Assembly: GCF_001194135.2 (NCBI RefSeq)
Contig: NC_068990.1
Coordinates: forward strand, 81,670,233-81,734,232
Length of the DNA stretch: 64,000 bases
Origin: Octopus bimaculoides
Lineage: Eukaryota
Direction: 5' to 3'
The notes under the pieces are model-generated. The model saw only the letters and a list, made by a program, of their open reading frames with translations. It was not told the origin of the DNA and did no database searches. Shown piece by piece: positions 1 to 11,948 of this stretch (its first letter is position 1; each line of letters begins with the position of its first letter). Both the position numbers and the translations under genes were made by a program.

Positions 1-247
1 GCTTGTGCGGGTGGCACATAAAAGACACCATTTCGAGCGTGGCCGTTTTCGTGCGGGTGACACGTAAAAGCACCCACTACACTCTCTGAGTGGTTGGCGT
101 TAGGAAGGGCATCCAGCTGTAGAAACTCTGCCAAATCAGACTGGAGCCTGGTGTTGCCATCCGGTTTCACCAGTCCTCAGTCAAATCGTCCAACCCATGC
201 TAGCATGGAAAGCGGACGTTAAACGATGATGATGATGATGATGATGA
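1..247 (+). mobile_element. SINE-like retroposon family A (3' part, (GAT)n tail)
   Basis: GGTGGCACGTAAAAGCACCC-type internal repeats, then GGAAGGGCATCCAGCTGTAGAAACTCTGCC...CCAACCCATGCTAGCATGGAAAGCGGACGTTAAAC(GAT)n. The same sequence recurs at least 7 times in the window. Confidence 0.9.
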
Positions 248-685
248 TCCTGAATTGTTTATCATAATTGCTGGCAAAATATCATATTATTCACTGACCG
301 ACTTTGTATTCCCCCATCCCACTATATCTTCATTTAGCTAAGTTTTTAATGCTTCATGTGTTAAATATGACAAGTGAATTCAGTAGATGAAAATTGAACG
401 GAGCCCATTTTGTATGTACATATATGTACACATATGTATGTGTGTGTGTGTGTGTGTACCATTGCCTTGAAATCATGTGAGGATTGTAAATGAGCATCAC
501 CGTCATACAAATGATATTGCTTTTTTTCCAGTCTTTCACAGAAAAGTATTATTTATTTGGAAACAAGCAATGGTTGGCAACAGGAAGGGCATCCAGTCAA
601 AGAAAATCTATCTCAGCAAATTCTGTCTGACCATACAAGCATGGAAATGGACATTAAAATGACAATGATGATGATATATATATAA

Positions 686-746
<61 letters not shown>

Positions 747-902
747 ATGTGTGTATGTATGTGTGTATGTATGTGTATATGTATGAATGTATGTGTTATG
801 TTGAGTGCACTCAAATTACCTTGATCAGTCACCTCTATACTTCCCTGCTGTCTGGCAACTGCTGCATAAATGTTTTAAAAGTTCTGCATTTCCTTCTTTT
901 AC

Positions 903-971
903 CATGTTCTGGTTCTCATAGTAATAGCCGATGTTTAGCTCTGTTGTTTCTTGCAACCACTGTCCCACAAA
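903..971 (-). CDS. Putative internal coding exon (FVGQWLQETTELNIGYYYENQNM), host gene unidentified
   Basis: TAG| acceptor and ATG|GTAAAA donor, 69 nt, phase 0-0. The last 12 codons match the exon at 1217-1306 (8/12 aa identical, 4 synonymous third-position differences). The acceptor is weak and an alternative CAG| lies 12 nt downstream. Confidence 0.5.
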
Positions 972-1216
972 CTATATATACATATATCAATTAGGTTTGA
1001 GCTCACTGTCACCTTTAAAAATATTTAAAGTTCAGGAAATACCCAACCCTATGAAAAGCTAAAATTCTTCTGTATATTGAATAGTACCACAGTAACTGTA
1101 ACTCTATCAGTCTATCAAATATTCTCATAGCCCACTGACATTGAAGTTTTTGATATTTATAATTCAAAGGGTAGATGAATAGCAAAAACAACTGACAGTT
1201 GGATTAAATACCTCAC

Positions 1217-1306
1217 CATGTTTAGATTTTCCCTCCGATATCCAAGGTTCAGAACTTCAGAAATAACTTTGCTATGAGTTTCAAGATTTTCTACAATAAT
1301 TTTGAT
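1217..1306 (-). CDS. Putative internal coding exon (IKIIVENLETHSKVISEVLNLGYRRENLNM), host gene unidentified
   Basis: CAG| acceptor and ATG|GTGAGG donor, 90 nt, phase 0-0, open only in this frame. The C-terminal motif LNLGYxxENxNM is shared with the exon at 903-971. Confidence 0.55.
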
Positions 1307-1659
1307 CTGTGTCCAAGCAATTGCATATAAGTTATTTTGTCTCAATCTTTTGGTTGACAAGTGGTTCCAGTTTTATTTCATAGCTGAATGCTCAGTAATA
1401 GGAAAGGAATCCAACTGTAAAAAAAAAAAGACAATATGTGTCACATTTTGTTTTTGTTTTTTTTTTTAAATCAATACATTGATGCCACAATTGGAAAAAT
1501 AGATACAAAATAGTAAAAAGATACAAGGATCTAAGTTATATTCTGTATCTGAATAAATTTGAGGGTTTATTAAAATAATGAATAAAAAACATTTTTCATT
1601 TAACTCTCACCTTGGTTCAATACTCCTTTCTCATTTGTTTTGCTATAAGCCATCAAAAG

Positions 1660-2064
1660 AGCTCCTACATCATTGCATGACCTGTTAGAAATAGCAGCTA
1701 AGTTTCCCACAAATCATACTATCTTCAAAAAGGAAATGCATATTGGATATGTATCCCTGGATACACTATGTCAATGATAGAGCTTCTATGCAGTCTTTCA
1801 ACCTGCTAGAAAAGTGATCAAATTTTACTCAAATAATGTGCCAAAGACACATTGGTTATGTAGTCCTAGATACAGTATTTCTATGATGCTTCTACTCAGT
1901 CACTCAACGTGCTAGAAATAGCAAATCTCTCCCTTTTGTTTTAAACGAAGAAGGGCACATTGGATAAGCATGATATAACACAAACACATATACGTACATG
2001 ACATAAAACATGTATCCATATTTATAATCCATGTGTACACAAATGCACTTACACACACACACAC

Positions 2065-2107
<43 letters not shown>

Positions 2108-2460
2108 CACACTCCTTGGCAAATTTAACACTTACAAAGAGCATGTCATCCATTATTTGGGAAGTTGTTAAAACAGAAGAAAATCATTCAGGTTATAGAT
2201 ACCACTGCTGGCCCTTAGGAGGCTGACATTACAAACAACAAAGGAAGGTCTTTGTTGTTCTGGTTGTGACTGTTGGTTAGTTTCCAGTCAGCTTTGATCA
2301 AAAGCATTACAGTGGTAACCATCTTGACATTTTTGTATTCCTGAGATTACATTGTCCAATGTGTTCTCTATCTGTAACAGTGGAATGTGGATTGAGGTAA
2401 ATTTGGCCTGCTATTTCTAACAGATTGCATGATCATATATAGACTTCCTTGATGTTGAGG
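1660..2460. repeat. Cluster of an old interspersed repeat (family E) plus a (CA)n tract
   Basis: The motif CATGACCTG(C/T)TAGAAATAGCAGC(C/T)AAAT...CAAATCAC recurs in diverged form here and near 20.7, 21.5, 25.65, 40.1, 50.4, 51.4, 52.45, 60.35 and 61.6 kb. Boundaries are approximate. Confidence 0.6.
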
Positions 2461-2775
2461 ATTGCTGCAATAAAGCTTCTCCCTCATTGCTGCTGATAAT
2501 GTCCACCAAACACACCATCTCAAAGATGATGTGATGATGAACTTATCTTGTATAAATTCAATTTATCTTAATTTTACTAGATCATGTGTCCCTCCTTACT
2601 TTTTAGATATTTTAATACTTGCTATAATGGTATTACTCTAGTAAACCTCAGACATAATAACTATAGTGGTGAAATGACGGGGTGGGGGTGGGGGAACAGA
2701 CATGCATACAATACATTAAGACATGCTAACAGATGTTAAGATTGCACACAATAATTAAACAAAATAATTAAATAT

Positions 2776-2776
2776 G

Positions 2777-2807
<31 letters not shown>

Positions 2808-2988
2808 CTGTGTCTGTGTTTCTCTACACCAACATCGCTTGACAACCGATGGTGGTATGTTTACGTCCCTGTAACTTAGCAGTTCGGCAACAAAGAATAA
2901 GTCCTGGGGTCGATTTGCTCAACTAAAGGCGGTGCTCTAGCATGGCCGCAGTCAAATGACTGAAACAAGTAAAAGAGTAAAAAAGCAA
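2776..2988 (+). mobile_element. tRNA-derived SINE family B, 5'-truncated
   Basis: Matches the 3' half of the copy at 32573-32992 (CTTGACAACCGATG...GTAACTTAGC...TGACTGAAACAAGTAAAAGAGTAAAA). Confidence 0.85.
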
Positions 2989-3699
2989 GTGAATATGTAA
3001 AATACAGATATAATTTTAACATGTATGTCATCGTCGTTAAACGTCCGATTTCCATGCTGTATAATATAAAGGAAATAAAAATAATATATAGCAACCTACC
3101 TACACATAGATGAGAAACTTCCACCTGGGTCATATCAAAAAAAGGAGGTGCAAGGATAGATTTGTGATATTGGCACAAGGCCACAAATCTTGAAGAGGAA
3201 AGAGAATAGCTGATTTAATCAATCGCAATAATTGGCTTGTACTTATTTGTTTTGACCTTGGAAGCCATGCAATACTAATGACTTGTTTTCGGTAATTATT
3301 TAAGCAATATAATTACTTCAGTATATCTTACTAATTAGTAAATTAGTAATTTATGTTGAAAATGGATAACACTCCTTAATAGGGAAGCCATTTAACAATT
3401 AGAAGAACATTAGTATAAAAATAAATGATTCCACAATATGCAAAAAGTGCACATTTGCAATAATCATTCTATCAATGGCAGCATAGTTCTTAATTATCAT
3501 TTTAAAAGACTGATTATCTCAGTTGGTTAGAACATAGTGCTAATTACACAAGTTTATATGAGCTGTTTTAGAATAGTGGGTTGCAAGAATTTGTAGGGTG
3601 ACTAATTTGATACTTTGTAGTATATTAAATCTCTTTATGCTTTGACTGCAGTGTCTGCTAGAGTCAAATTTCATACTTCTAGTTTGATAAACATCAAAA

Positions 3700-3955
3700 A
3701 CAAATCAAAGGTCCTTCCCAAGCCATCGGCCCACAAGGCCCAGTTTTCCAGATTCTGTGGTGTATATATTCCCACCCTGGACAGGACAACCATTTGTCAC
3801 ACCGGTCACTGGTTTTCCCACTGAGTGGAGTGGAGCAATGTAAAATGAAATGTTTTGCTCAAGAATACAACACATTGCCTGGTCCAAGAATCAAAACCAC
3901 AATCTTATGATCTTGAATGCAACACCTTAATCATTATGTCACATGCCTCCACATA
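3700..3955 (-). mobile_element. tRNA-derived SINE family C, diverged copy
   Basis: Reverse complement resembles 46723-46976 (TGTTTTGCTCAAGAA-ACAA, GGCCCAGTTTTCC). Confidence 0.7.
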
Positions 3956-3971
3956 CTGGGGTTGATATAGT

Positions 3972-4576
3972 TGACCGTAAGGTGGTGAACTGGCAGAAAC
4001 ATTAGAATGCTGGGCGAAATGCTTAGCAGTATTTCGTCTGTCTTTATGTTCTGAGTTCAAATTCTGCTGAGGTCAACTTTGCCTTTCATCTGTAGTGACC
4101 TCATTTGGCGCCAAAATACAGTCACCATTACTGCGTTTTCATCCACGCATGCACAGGGAATAGTTCCGGAAGGAACACAGGAAGAGTCTCATGCGCATAC
4201 GTGAAATTCAACATCTAAAACGTTCCCACTCTTTTCATACTCTTTCTCGGTCGGCCGGCCATGAGCATGGACGTGTCAAGCTGTCTCTCCAGCATTCCAA
4301 CTCTGGGGACAGCTCATTCCAACATTCCAACGTCTCAGCAACCATGCCTATTTCCTACATAAATAAATATTGTTGTGTTGATAGTTCAGGGTCAGCGTTA
4401 CGTTGTTTCTTTTGAATTTAATATAGGAAAGCGGGTATACACCTAATGGTGTATAACCACATTCCTATACATCCTTTCGGGATCGATAAATTAAGTACCA
4501 GTTGCATACTGGGTCAATCTAATCGACTGGCCCCCTCCCCTGAAATTTTGGGCCTTGTGCCTAGAGTAGAAAAGAT
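3972..4576 (+). mobile_element. SINE family D (CORE-like) split by a solo LTR
   Basis: GAGTTCAAAT B-box-like motif, then GCCTTTCATC / CTTTCGGGATCGATAAATTAAGTACCAG. The halves join into the uninterrupted sequence seen at 45473-45696. Confidence 0.85.
4091..4469 (+). mobile_element. Solo LTR (probably Gypsy-like)
   Basis: 379-bp insert with termini TGTAG...CTATA (one change from TGTAG...CTACA). 4-bp TSD CATC at 4087-4090 and 4470-4473, AATAAA near 4362, CpG-rich. Strand inferred from AATAAA. Confidence 0.75.
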
Positions 4577-4960
4577 ATAGTTGACTGTAGTAGTAGACAA
4601 AATTGAGGACTTCTGACTATGTAATACATTAATAATAACCATTTCAAGGGAAGTGGATGGCAGAAATAGTAGTGTGGTAGATGTAATACCTGTGGTATCT
4701 ATTTACGTAGCGAGTTCAAATTCTTCTTTAGTTGTCTTGGCATTTTATTCTTATGGGCCAGATGAAATGGATTGTACACTTTCCTCCAAGTGTGTCATTA
4801 TTCAAAATCAGTAATTAATGGTTCATAAAAAGATATTTAAGAATATGGTCAAATTTATTGACTGCTTATGTACACATGCACATGCTCACTCACACTCTCA
4901 CACATACACTTACTCACTCTCTCTTTCACACACACACACACACACAAACATGCACACACT

Positions 4961-5013
<53 letters not shown>

Positions 5014-5377
5014 GGAGCAGGATTAAAAAAGAAGCAAATGATGATTTGTGTTAATGAAAGTCTTACGTGAATACTCGTTAACATGGAATGGCTGTTTCAA
5101 TTAGTGCTGATAAGAATATGTGCCGGGCAAAATTCAACAAAGAAAATTGATACATACATACATCTGTGTGTGTATTTATGTGTGTACATGTATGTATTTT
5201 TAGCTATTTACATATGTATATGTAAATAAATAAATAGATAAATAGATGTTATNNNNNNNNNNNNNNNNNNNNNNNNNNNNNNNNNNNNNNNNNNNNNNNN
5301 NNNNNNNNNNNNNNNNNNNNNNNNNNNNNNNNNNNNNNNNNNNNNNNNNNNNNNNNNNNNNNNNNNNNNNNNNNNNN

Positions 5378-5434
<57 letters not shown>

Positions 5435-5749
5435 GTATATATGCACCTGTGTTATATACACATATATGTATACATATATTTGCATTTGAAAGTGTCAAAA
5501 AATGTCAAAATATCAGCTTGGAACAAAAGCTGTGTGACTCATGGCACGTAAATGCATTTGAATATTGTCAGTGGGTGTAAATGTGTTGGGTGACCAAAAT
5601 GGTTTGTTTTGCTGTCAGAGTTCGTGTGTGAATAAGTGCAGAAAATCAGCACAAATCTTACTAGTGGTGTATAATAGAGTTCAGATTGGCAGAGTGAGGA
5701 TGTGGGTGCATTCAGGAACTTTTTCATCTCCATCCAATTTCTCTTCTTA

Positions 5750-6915
5750 CATCACCTCTTCTTTCCTTAAGTTCTCTACTTACTTACTCTCCTCTTTCTC
5801 TTACATATCACCTCCTCCTCCTCCTCTTCCTTCTCTTCCTCCTCCTCTTCCTTCTCTTCCTCCTCTTCTTCTTCTTCTTCTTCTTCTTCAACTTCCTCCT
5901 CCTCCTCTTCTTCTTCTTCTTCTTCTTCCTCCTCCTCAACCTCCTCTTCTTCTTCTTCTTCTTCCTCCTCCTCCTCCTCCTCCTTCTCTTCTTCTTCTCC
6001 TTCCTCCTCCTCCTTCTCCTCTTCTTCTTCTCCTTCCTCCTCCTCCTCCTCCTCCTCCTCTTCTTCTTCTTCTCTTCTTCTTCTTCTTCTCTTCTTCTTC
6101 TCTTCTTNNNNNNNNNNNNNNNNNNNNNNNNNNNNNNNNNNNNNNNNNNNNNNNNNNNNNNNNNNNNNNNNNNNNNNNNNNNNNNNNNNNNNNNNNNNNN
6201 NNNNNNNNNNNNNNNNNNNNNNNNNNNNNNNNNNNNNNNNNNNNNNNNNNNNNNNNNNNNNNNNNNNNNNNNNNNNNNNNNNNNNNNNNNNNNNNNNNNN
6301 NNNNNNNNNNNNNNNNNNNNNNNNNNNNNNNNNNNNNNNNNNNNNNNNNNNNNNNNNNNNNNNNNNNNNNNNNNNNNNNNNNNNNNNNNNNNNNNNNNNN
6401 NNNNNNNNNNNNNNNNNNNNNNNNNNNNNNNNNNNNNNNNNNNNNNNNNNNNNNNNNNNNNNNNNNNNNNNNNNNNNNNNNNNNNNNNNNNNNNNNNNNN
6501 NNNNNNNNNNNNNNNNNNNNNNNNNNNNNNNNNNNNNNNNNNNNNNNNNNNNNNNNNNNNNNNNNNNNNNNNNNNNNNNNNNNNNNNNNNNNNNNNNNNN
6601 NNNNNNNNNNNNNNNNNNNNNNNNNNNNNNNNNNNNNNNNNNNNNNNNNNNNNNNNNNNNNNNNNNNNNNNNNNNNNNNNNNNNNNNNNNNNNNNNNNNN
6701 NNNNNNNNNNNNNNNNNNNNNNNNNNNNNNNNNNNNNNNNNNNNNNNNNNNNNNNNNNNNNNNNNNNNNNNNNNNNNNNNNNNNNNNNNNNNNNNNNNNN
6801 NNNNNNNNNNNNNNNNNNNNNNNNNNNNNNNNNNNNNNNNNNNNCTTCTTCTTCTTCTTCTTCTTCTTCTTCTTCTTCTTCTTCTTCTTCTTCTTCTTCT
6901 TCTTCTTCTTCTTCC
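5750..6915. repeat. (CTT/CCT)n polypyrimidine microsatellite spanning an N gap
   Basis: Direct reading. Explains the spurious poly-P/L/E/K/R ORFs. Confidence 0.95.
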
Positions 6916-7059
6916 ACCTCTCACACTCCTCCTTTTTTCTCCTTCTTCAACAACAAACACACCACTATGAAGAGCTCATTCATACAGGTATCAGTCTGGC
7001 ATATCTGTAATGTGAAATTCTTCCATTGTATCTTCTGTCGTCTCCCCTCTCTGCTGACT

Positions 7060-7470
7060 TTAATGATGTCTTCTTTACCCAACCATTCTTTGATCTACCT
7101 TTACAGAAATAACCTGCTTGTTCAGCGTCAATCACTCATTCCTGTTATGTATCCTAAACCAGCATAGATGTATCTCTTATTTACATTGGTCAAAGTCTTT
7201 CACATATCCAGCTGCACTTTTAACAGCCTTTCATCCAAGTTAATAGTGCACATCAAAAAAGACCATTGCTTCTTCTGTAGCTACTACAGCAACCTCTGCT
7301 ATTCTGAATTAGATAATTATGTACCCTCCACCCAAGCCTACTATAACCACCCATTCTTTCTCCTCTTCCCATTGCTTTAACTGGATCCCACATTCCTTGA
7401 CCCTGTGCACACCAAGTTTGTCATTCCCAGAATTGCAAATGTCTAGAACTCTCACTCTGCTCACAATTTT
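7060..7470 (+). mobile_element. CR1/Zenon-like LINE ORF2 3' fragment, degenerate
   Basis: Frameshifted remnants of FYRYYxGxCxSEL, HP and FxPRxxxxWNS motifs, similar to the other copies in the window. Confidence 0.55.
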
Positions 7471-7798
7471 TTTTTTTTTTCAATTGTTGATCTACAGATG
7501 TTTAAGATGTTTTTGAATTACTGTATATATTCCAGCCATCATTGGCCAAAAGATCTATAATTGTCTCATCAAACATATTTGGCTTAGATGGCAGTCACAA
7601 TCACATTTACCTTGGCTCACATATANNNNNNNNNNNNNNNNNNNNNNNNNNNNNNNNNNNNNNNNNNNNNNNNNNNNNNNNNNNNNNNNNNNNNNNNNNN
7701 NNNNNNNNNNNNNNNNNNNNNNNNNNNNNNNNNNNNNNNNNNNNNNNNNNNNNNNNNNNNNNNNNNNNNNNNNNNNNNAAAAAAAAAAAACATTCCTC

Positions 7799-8165
7799 TT
7801 TTACTTGTTTCAGTCATTTGACTGCGGCCATGCTGGAGCACCACCTTTAGTCGAGCAAATCGATCCCAGGACTTATTCTTTGTAAGCCTAGTACTTATTC
7901 TATCGGTCTCTTTTGCCGAACCGCTAAGTGACAGGGATATAAACACACCAGCATTGGTTGTCAAGCAATGCTAGGGGGACAAACACACACACAAACACAG
8001 ACACACACACATGTATATATATATATACATATATACGACAGGCTTCTTTCAGTTTCCATCTACCAAATCCACTCACAAGGCTTTGGTTGGCCTGAGGCTA
8101 TAGTAGAAGACACTTGCCCAAGATGCCACGCAGTGGGACTGAACCCGGAACCATATGGTTGGTAA
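7799..8165 (-). mobile_element. tRNA-derived SINE family B
   Basis: Near-full-length reverse-complement match to 32573-32992. Confidence 0.9.
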
Positions 8166-8289
8166 GTTCCTGCTGACAGCATATATTCTATGCTCATGCT
8201 TCACCACTATATGCCATGCTCATGTTACATTCAACTCAGTGACTTATTGGAATTAACCTTTCATTTGGAGTCTTAATTCTTGCACCAGT

Positions 8290-9120
8290 AAAAGAAAACA
8301 TATACCAAGAAAAATTATTGCATCCCATCCACCTCCCAAGATGATCTGAATGCAACTAGAACCCTCATTAGGCTTCACTATCAACTATGACCTCCGACCT
8401 CCTTTTTCGAATCCATATCTTCAACATTACAAAGATTTCATATAGAAGATAGCTTTCCTCTTCGGAACCATTATTACAGCGCAAAATCTACTAACCCTCT
8501 ACAAAGCTCATGAGCTGTTCCTAGTGGAGTACTGCTCTTACATGTGGACCAGTCCTCCTCTTACACATGCAGTCATCCTAAACTCCATTTAAAGAAAAGC
8601 TATGTGAGTAATTAGCATGAAGTTACTCACAAACACCCTTTAGCATCTAGACCAGAGGTTCTCACACATTTTGGGCCACTCCCCCCACACATGGCCACAC
8701 AATACCCCCAGTGCTCCCACCCCTATTTTTATGTATAAATAAATATTTTTATATTTTACTAATTTATATATACTATGAATCATTTGATATTTAATAGAAT
8801 ATTAGATAATTTGTATACAGTACTATAAGTAATATTATAATAAATTCATAGTGTCCCCCAATCAACTGCCTTCCTTCCAGCACCTCTTTTTTCTCTACCC
8901 ATCCCACTAGGCACCAGTGCCCATCTGGACTGTCTCAACGCCCACTGGGTGAGGGGCAGTAGCACTCACTTTGAGAACCTATGATCTAGACCACAAACAT
9001 CCTCCCAGACTTTCTGTAGCTAATACAATGGTTTCTACTCCTCAGAGCTGACCAGTCTTGTGTCACTTCCACTCAGATACTCCTGACCCACTTGGCTTTC
9101 TTCCTCTTATTATCCATATT
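8290..9120 (+). mobile_element. CR1/Zenon-like LINE ORF2 3' fragment interrupted by a hAT MITE
   Basis: CTACTAACCCTCTACAAAGCTC (LLTLYKA) at ~8489 and GTGGAGTACTGCTCTTACATGTGG (VEYCSYMW) at ~8524. The element continues after 8991 with LDHK and YNGxxSSEL-like remnants. Confidence 0.7.
8653..8983. mobile_element. hAT-Charlie-type MITE
   Basis: TIRs CAGAGGTTCTCA / TGAGAACCTATG. Perfect 8-bp TSD ATCTAGAC at 8645-8652 and 8984-8991, matching the NTCTAGAN Charlie target consensus. No ORF. Confidence 0.9.
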
Positions 9121-9756
9121 AAGGTTAATGAGTTTTCTTGCACCTATTGGTTAACCTAAAGAGTTAATAGTATCAAAATCATTGATACTGAAAGATCTGA
9201 AAAAGCCATACATGCCTGCATGTGTATGTCTTTTGCCAGTGTATATTGGTGACAGATATAAACATTAGCAACAAGATGGGGAACAACTACTGCTTTAAGA
9301 ATGAAGTGTTCTGATGTATTTTTCAACACTGTGTTTACAGATACTCTCTTGTTATTCTTCCCATTAAAAGTTGAGTAAACCATTAATTGGGCCATTGGAA
9401 GCCTGTGACTAACAGCACTATTGTTCACAAATTCTTATAAAATATGTAACTAAATAATTGGCTAGACATCTTTCAATCCATTTTGAACTTTGGTGCTAGT
9501 TTGTCATTCATTCCAGTCCATTTATAATTAATTATATCATTTTGATTATATCATTTTGATAGCTGATTTCATCTACTAGTTCCAGTCATCCATTTAAGCT
9601 GTTCATGGCTCCTGGTGCAGACTAGTAGAATCAAATCAGATGACGTGGGGAAGTATTCAGCTGCCTATTCATGGACAGCAAGTTCATATCCTCTGTAAAC
9701 ATTTTGCTGTATTTCTGAACAAATTACTTAGTTCTACATTGCTTTAGTTTACTTTG

Positions 9757-9968
9757 CATCTGGGAAGATGTATCAGATCATCTAATAATAAGTATCACAT
9801 CATCTGGACATGGACATCAGATCATCTGATAAAAAATATCAGATCAACTAGGAATATGTATCAGATCATCTGGGAATATACGTTGGGTCACCCAATAATA
9901 ATTGTCTGATTTTCTGGTTATAGATATCAGATCATCTGGAAATAGTTATCAGATCATCTGAGAATATT
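9757..9968. repeat. Degenerate minisatellite, ~20-23 bp unit (TATCAGATCATCTGGxAATA)
   Basis: About 7-8 recognisable copies of ATCAGATCATCT or variants in tandem. Confidence 0.75.
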
Positions 9969-10929
9969 AATTGCAATAGACTGCAACTCTCTGAGGACTA
10001 CAGCATATAACTTGAGCTAAGCACTTACCTTGAAAAGATTCTTGAGTCTTAGAAGTCATGCTGTTAGCTTTTTCAGTGCAGATAAAGAGTCAGTTTGCTG
10101 GTTTTGATTCTTTGATAGTACATTTTGTATTATCTATTGTTTGAAATTATACATAACATGGAGTTGCCATTAAGTTACTCTGGAATGAGAACAATTTTCT
10201 ATTTTTTAAACACAAGTTTGAGCTCGTCTGACTTGATTGAAGATGTTTTGTGATCCTTTAAAGATTAGCATAAAGAGCTGACCATTGCTTATCAACCTTT
10301 TATGCTATCATTCTTAATGTAGCACCATCATGTTAATATGTTTGTCCTTTTAATACAATGTCATTTGAAGTATTTCACAACTGCATATTTGATTTACCTA
10401 CGCTCTCACACTTGAATACTTTTCTTATCAGTAAATATAGATGTAAAAATGACTGAGTAGCTATCAAATTTACTTTGAATCCATATTATTTCACATTCAG
10501 TTCCACTGTAAAGCATTTTGAACAGTTCTACCAATGGCCTGTGAGAAGAATTTTAAGTCTGTTATACACACTGTGATATTTAATGAATAATGATTTCCAA
10601 TTGAGTAGCTGATGAAGGGATATCTTTGTTTAGAATAAATTGTTGTTATTGTGATGTTTAAGCTGTTGTTTGTACATAACTCTTTTGGTTCATATTTTAG
10701 AGTGTTTTTTTTATGTTCTTCAGGATATAGACATTATTCCCAATTGTTCTAATTATCTAGGGTTCTTCCATTGTCTGGTATGGGATCAGTTTAAAAGTTT
10801 CCATTGTCTTATAGTTTTATATTAATGTTTGTATTGATCATATTTTTAATTGCATTTAAATCAATGTTTCATTCTGTTATTACCACCAGTTCATCAGAAA
10901 TTTAGTGGTTTACAGGATTTATTGGGTTA

Positions 10930-11172
10930 CATATTTGTGGTGTGTGGCAGAGGGTTTGCAAATCCAATGGGGGTCTTAAAAGACATGTTAGGATCCACAA
11001 TGAGCAGAACTTACTTGCAGGTATTGGTAGTGCAAATCAGAGGTGCAATATGTGTGGGTGTTTTTTCAAAACACTGTCTGGTTTAAAAAGCCACATCAGA
11101 CGCCATGAACGGGCTAAGGTGTAGGTGCAGGAGGTGGTCAAACTCTGTTTAAGGAGTAGACAACCACCACCA
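10930..11172 (+). pseudogene. Two C2H2 zinc-finger motifs, first one degenerate; probably a 5'-truncated LINE (RTE-like) ORF2 C-terminus
   Basis: HICGVWQRVCKSNGGLKRHVRIH (second Cys replaced by Trp) and CNMCGCFFKTLSGLKSHIRRH, stop at 11124. An in-frame TAG lies just upstream, there are no TGEKP linkers, and a short 3' region ends in (CCA)n/(TA)n. Confidence 0.55.
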
Positions 11173-11948
11173 TATATATATATATATATATATGCATGTG
11201 TGTGTGTATGTGTGAAGATGTATGTGTATGCATTAAGTAATTAAATGCACATTAAGCAGTGATGATTGAACACAGGTGTGTACATTTGTTTAACACATTT
11301 GTGTACACCTAAACCAGGAAAGACCTCTGCTGCAAACACTGTCTCTAGAGAGCAATTCTCTTTATAGACAGCATGTGTGAAAAAGGTGTCAGTAGTCCTT
11401 GAATGATGTCACTGGACAATAGGATATGTTTCACTTTGTTACACTGCATCAGCTATAAACACTAAATCCATTGTTCATTGCACACTAAGAACTGTCTTTC
11501 TCATATTTAAACAGCAAATAAATCATTTGCTGGTATATGCAAAGCTTCGTCTAGCTGGAATTATTAATTATAGGGGTACATTAAGCAGTGATGAGTGATG
11601 GTGTGTGCAACTGTGTTTAGCATGTTTGTGTGCACTCAAATATGGAAAAACCTCCACTGCATGTAATTACACAGAAGTGAGTGTCTTACAGTCCAGTGAT
11701 GTCATTCAGTTGGGTATTTTTCACACATTGTCAATGACAACAGTTTTTGCAGCAGAAGTATTTCCATGTTTGGGTGCACATGAGTGAGTGTACTAAACAT
11801 TTCAGCTGAGTAGACTGAAGCAATGTGAAATTAAGTGCCTCACTCAAAGATACAATACTCTACCCAGTCTAAGAACCTGTAACATTATAATTGTGAGCCT
11901 TAAAACCCTAACCAATAGGCTATATGCCCTTACCATTAAATTACTTAA

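Noticed and set aside
5565-7010. Long poly-P/L, poly-E and poly-K/R ORFs
   Set aside because: (CTT/CCT)n tract plus a long N gap that hides stops.
9757-9968. Repeat array considered as CRISPR
   Set aside because: Units are degenerate, lack unique constant-length spacers, and the context is eukaryotic with no cas genes.
10029-10075. Perfect minus-strand donor CAAG|GTAAGT after MTSKTQESFQ
   Set aside because: All frames are closed shortly upstream. It could be a first coding exon, but a single signal is insufficient.
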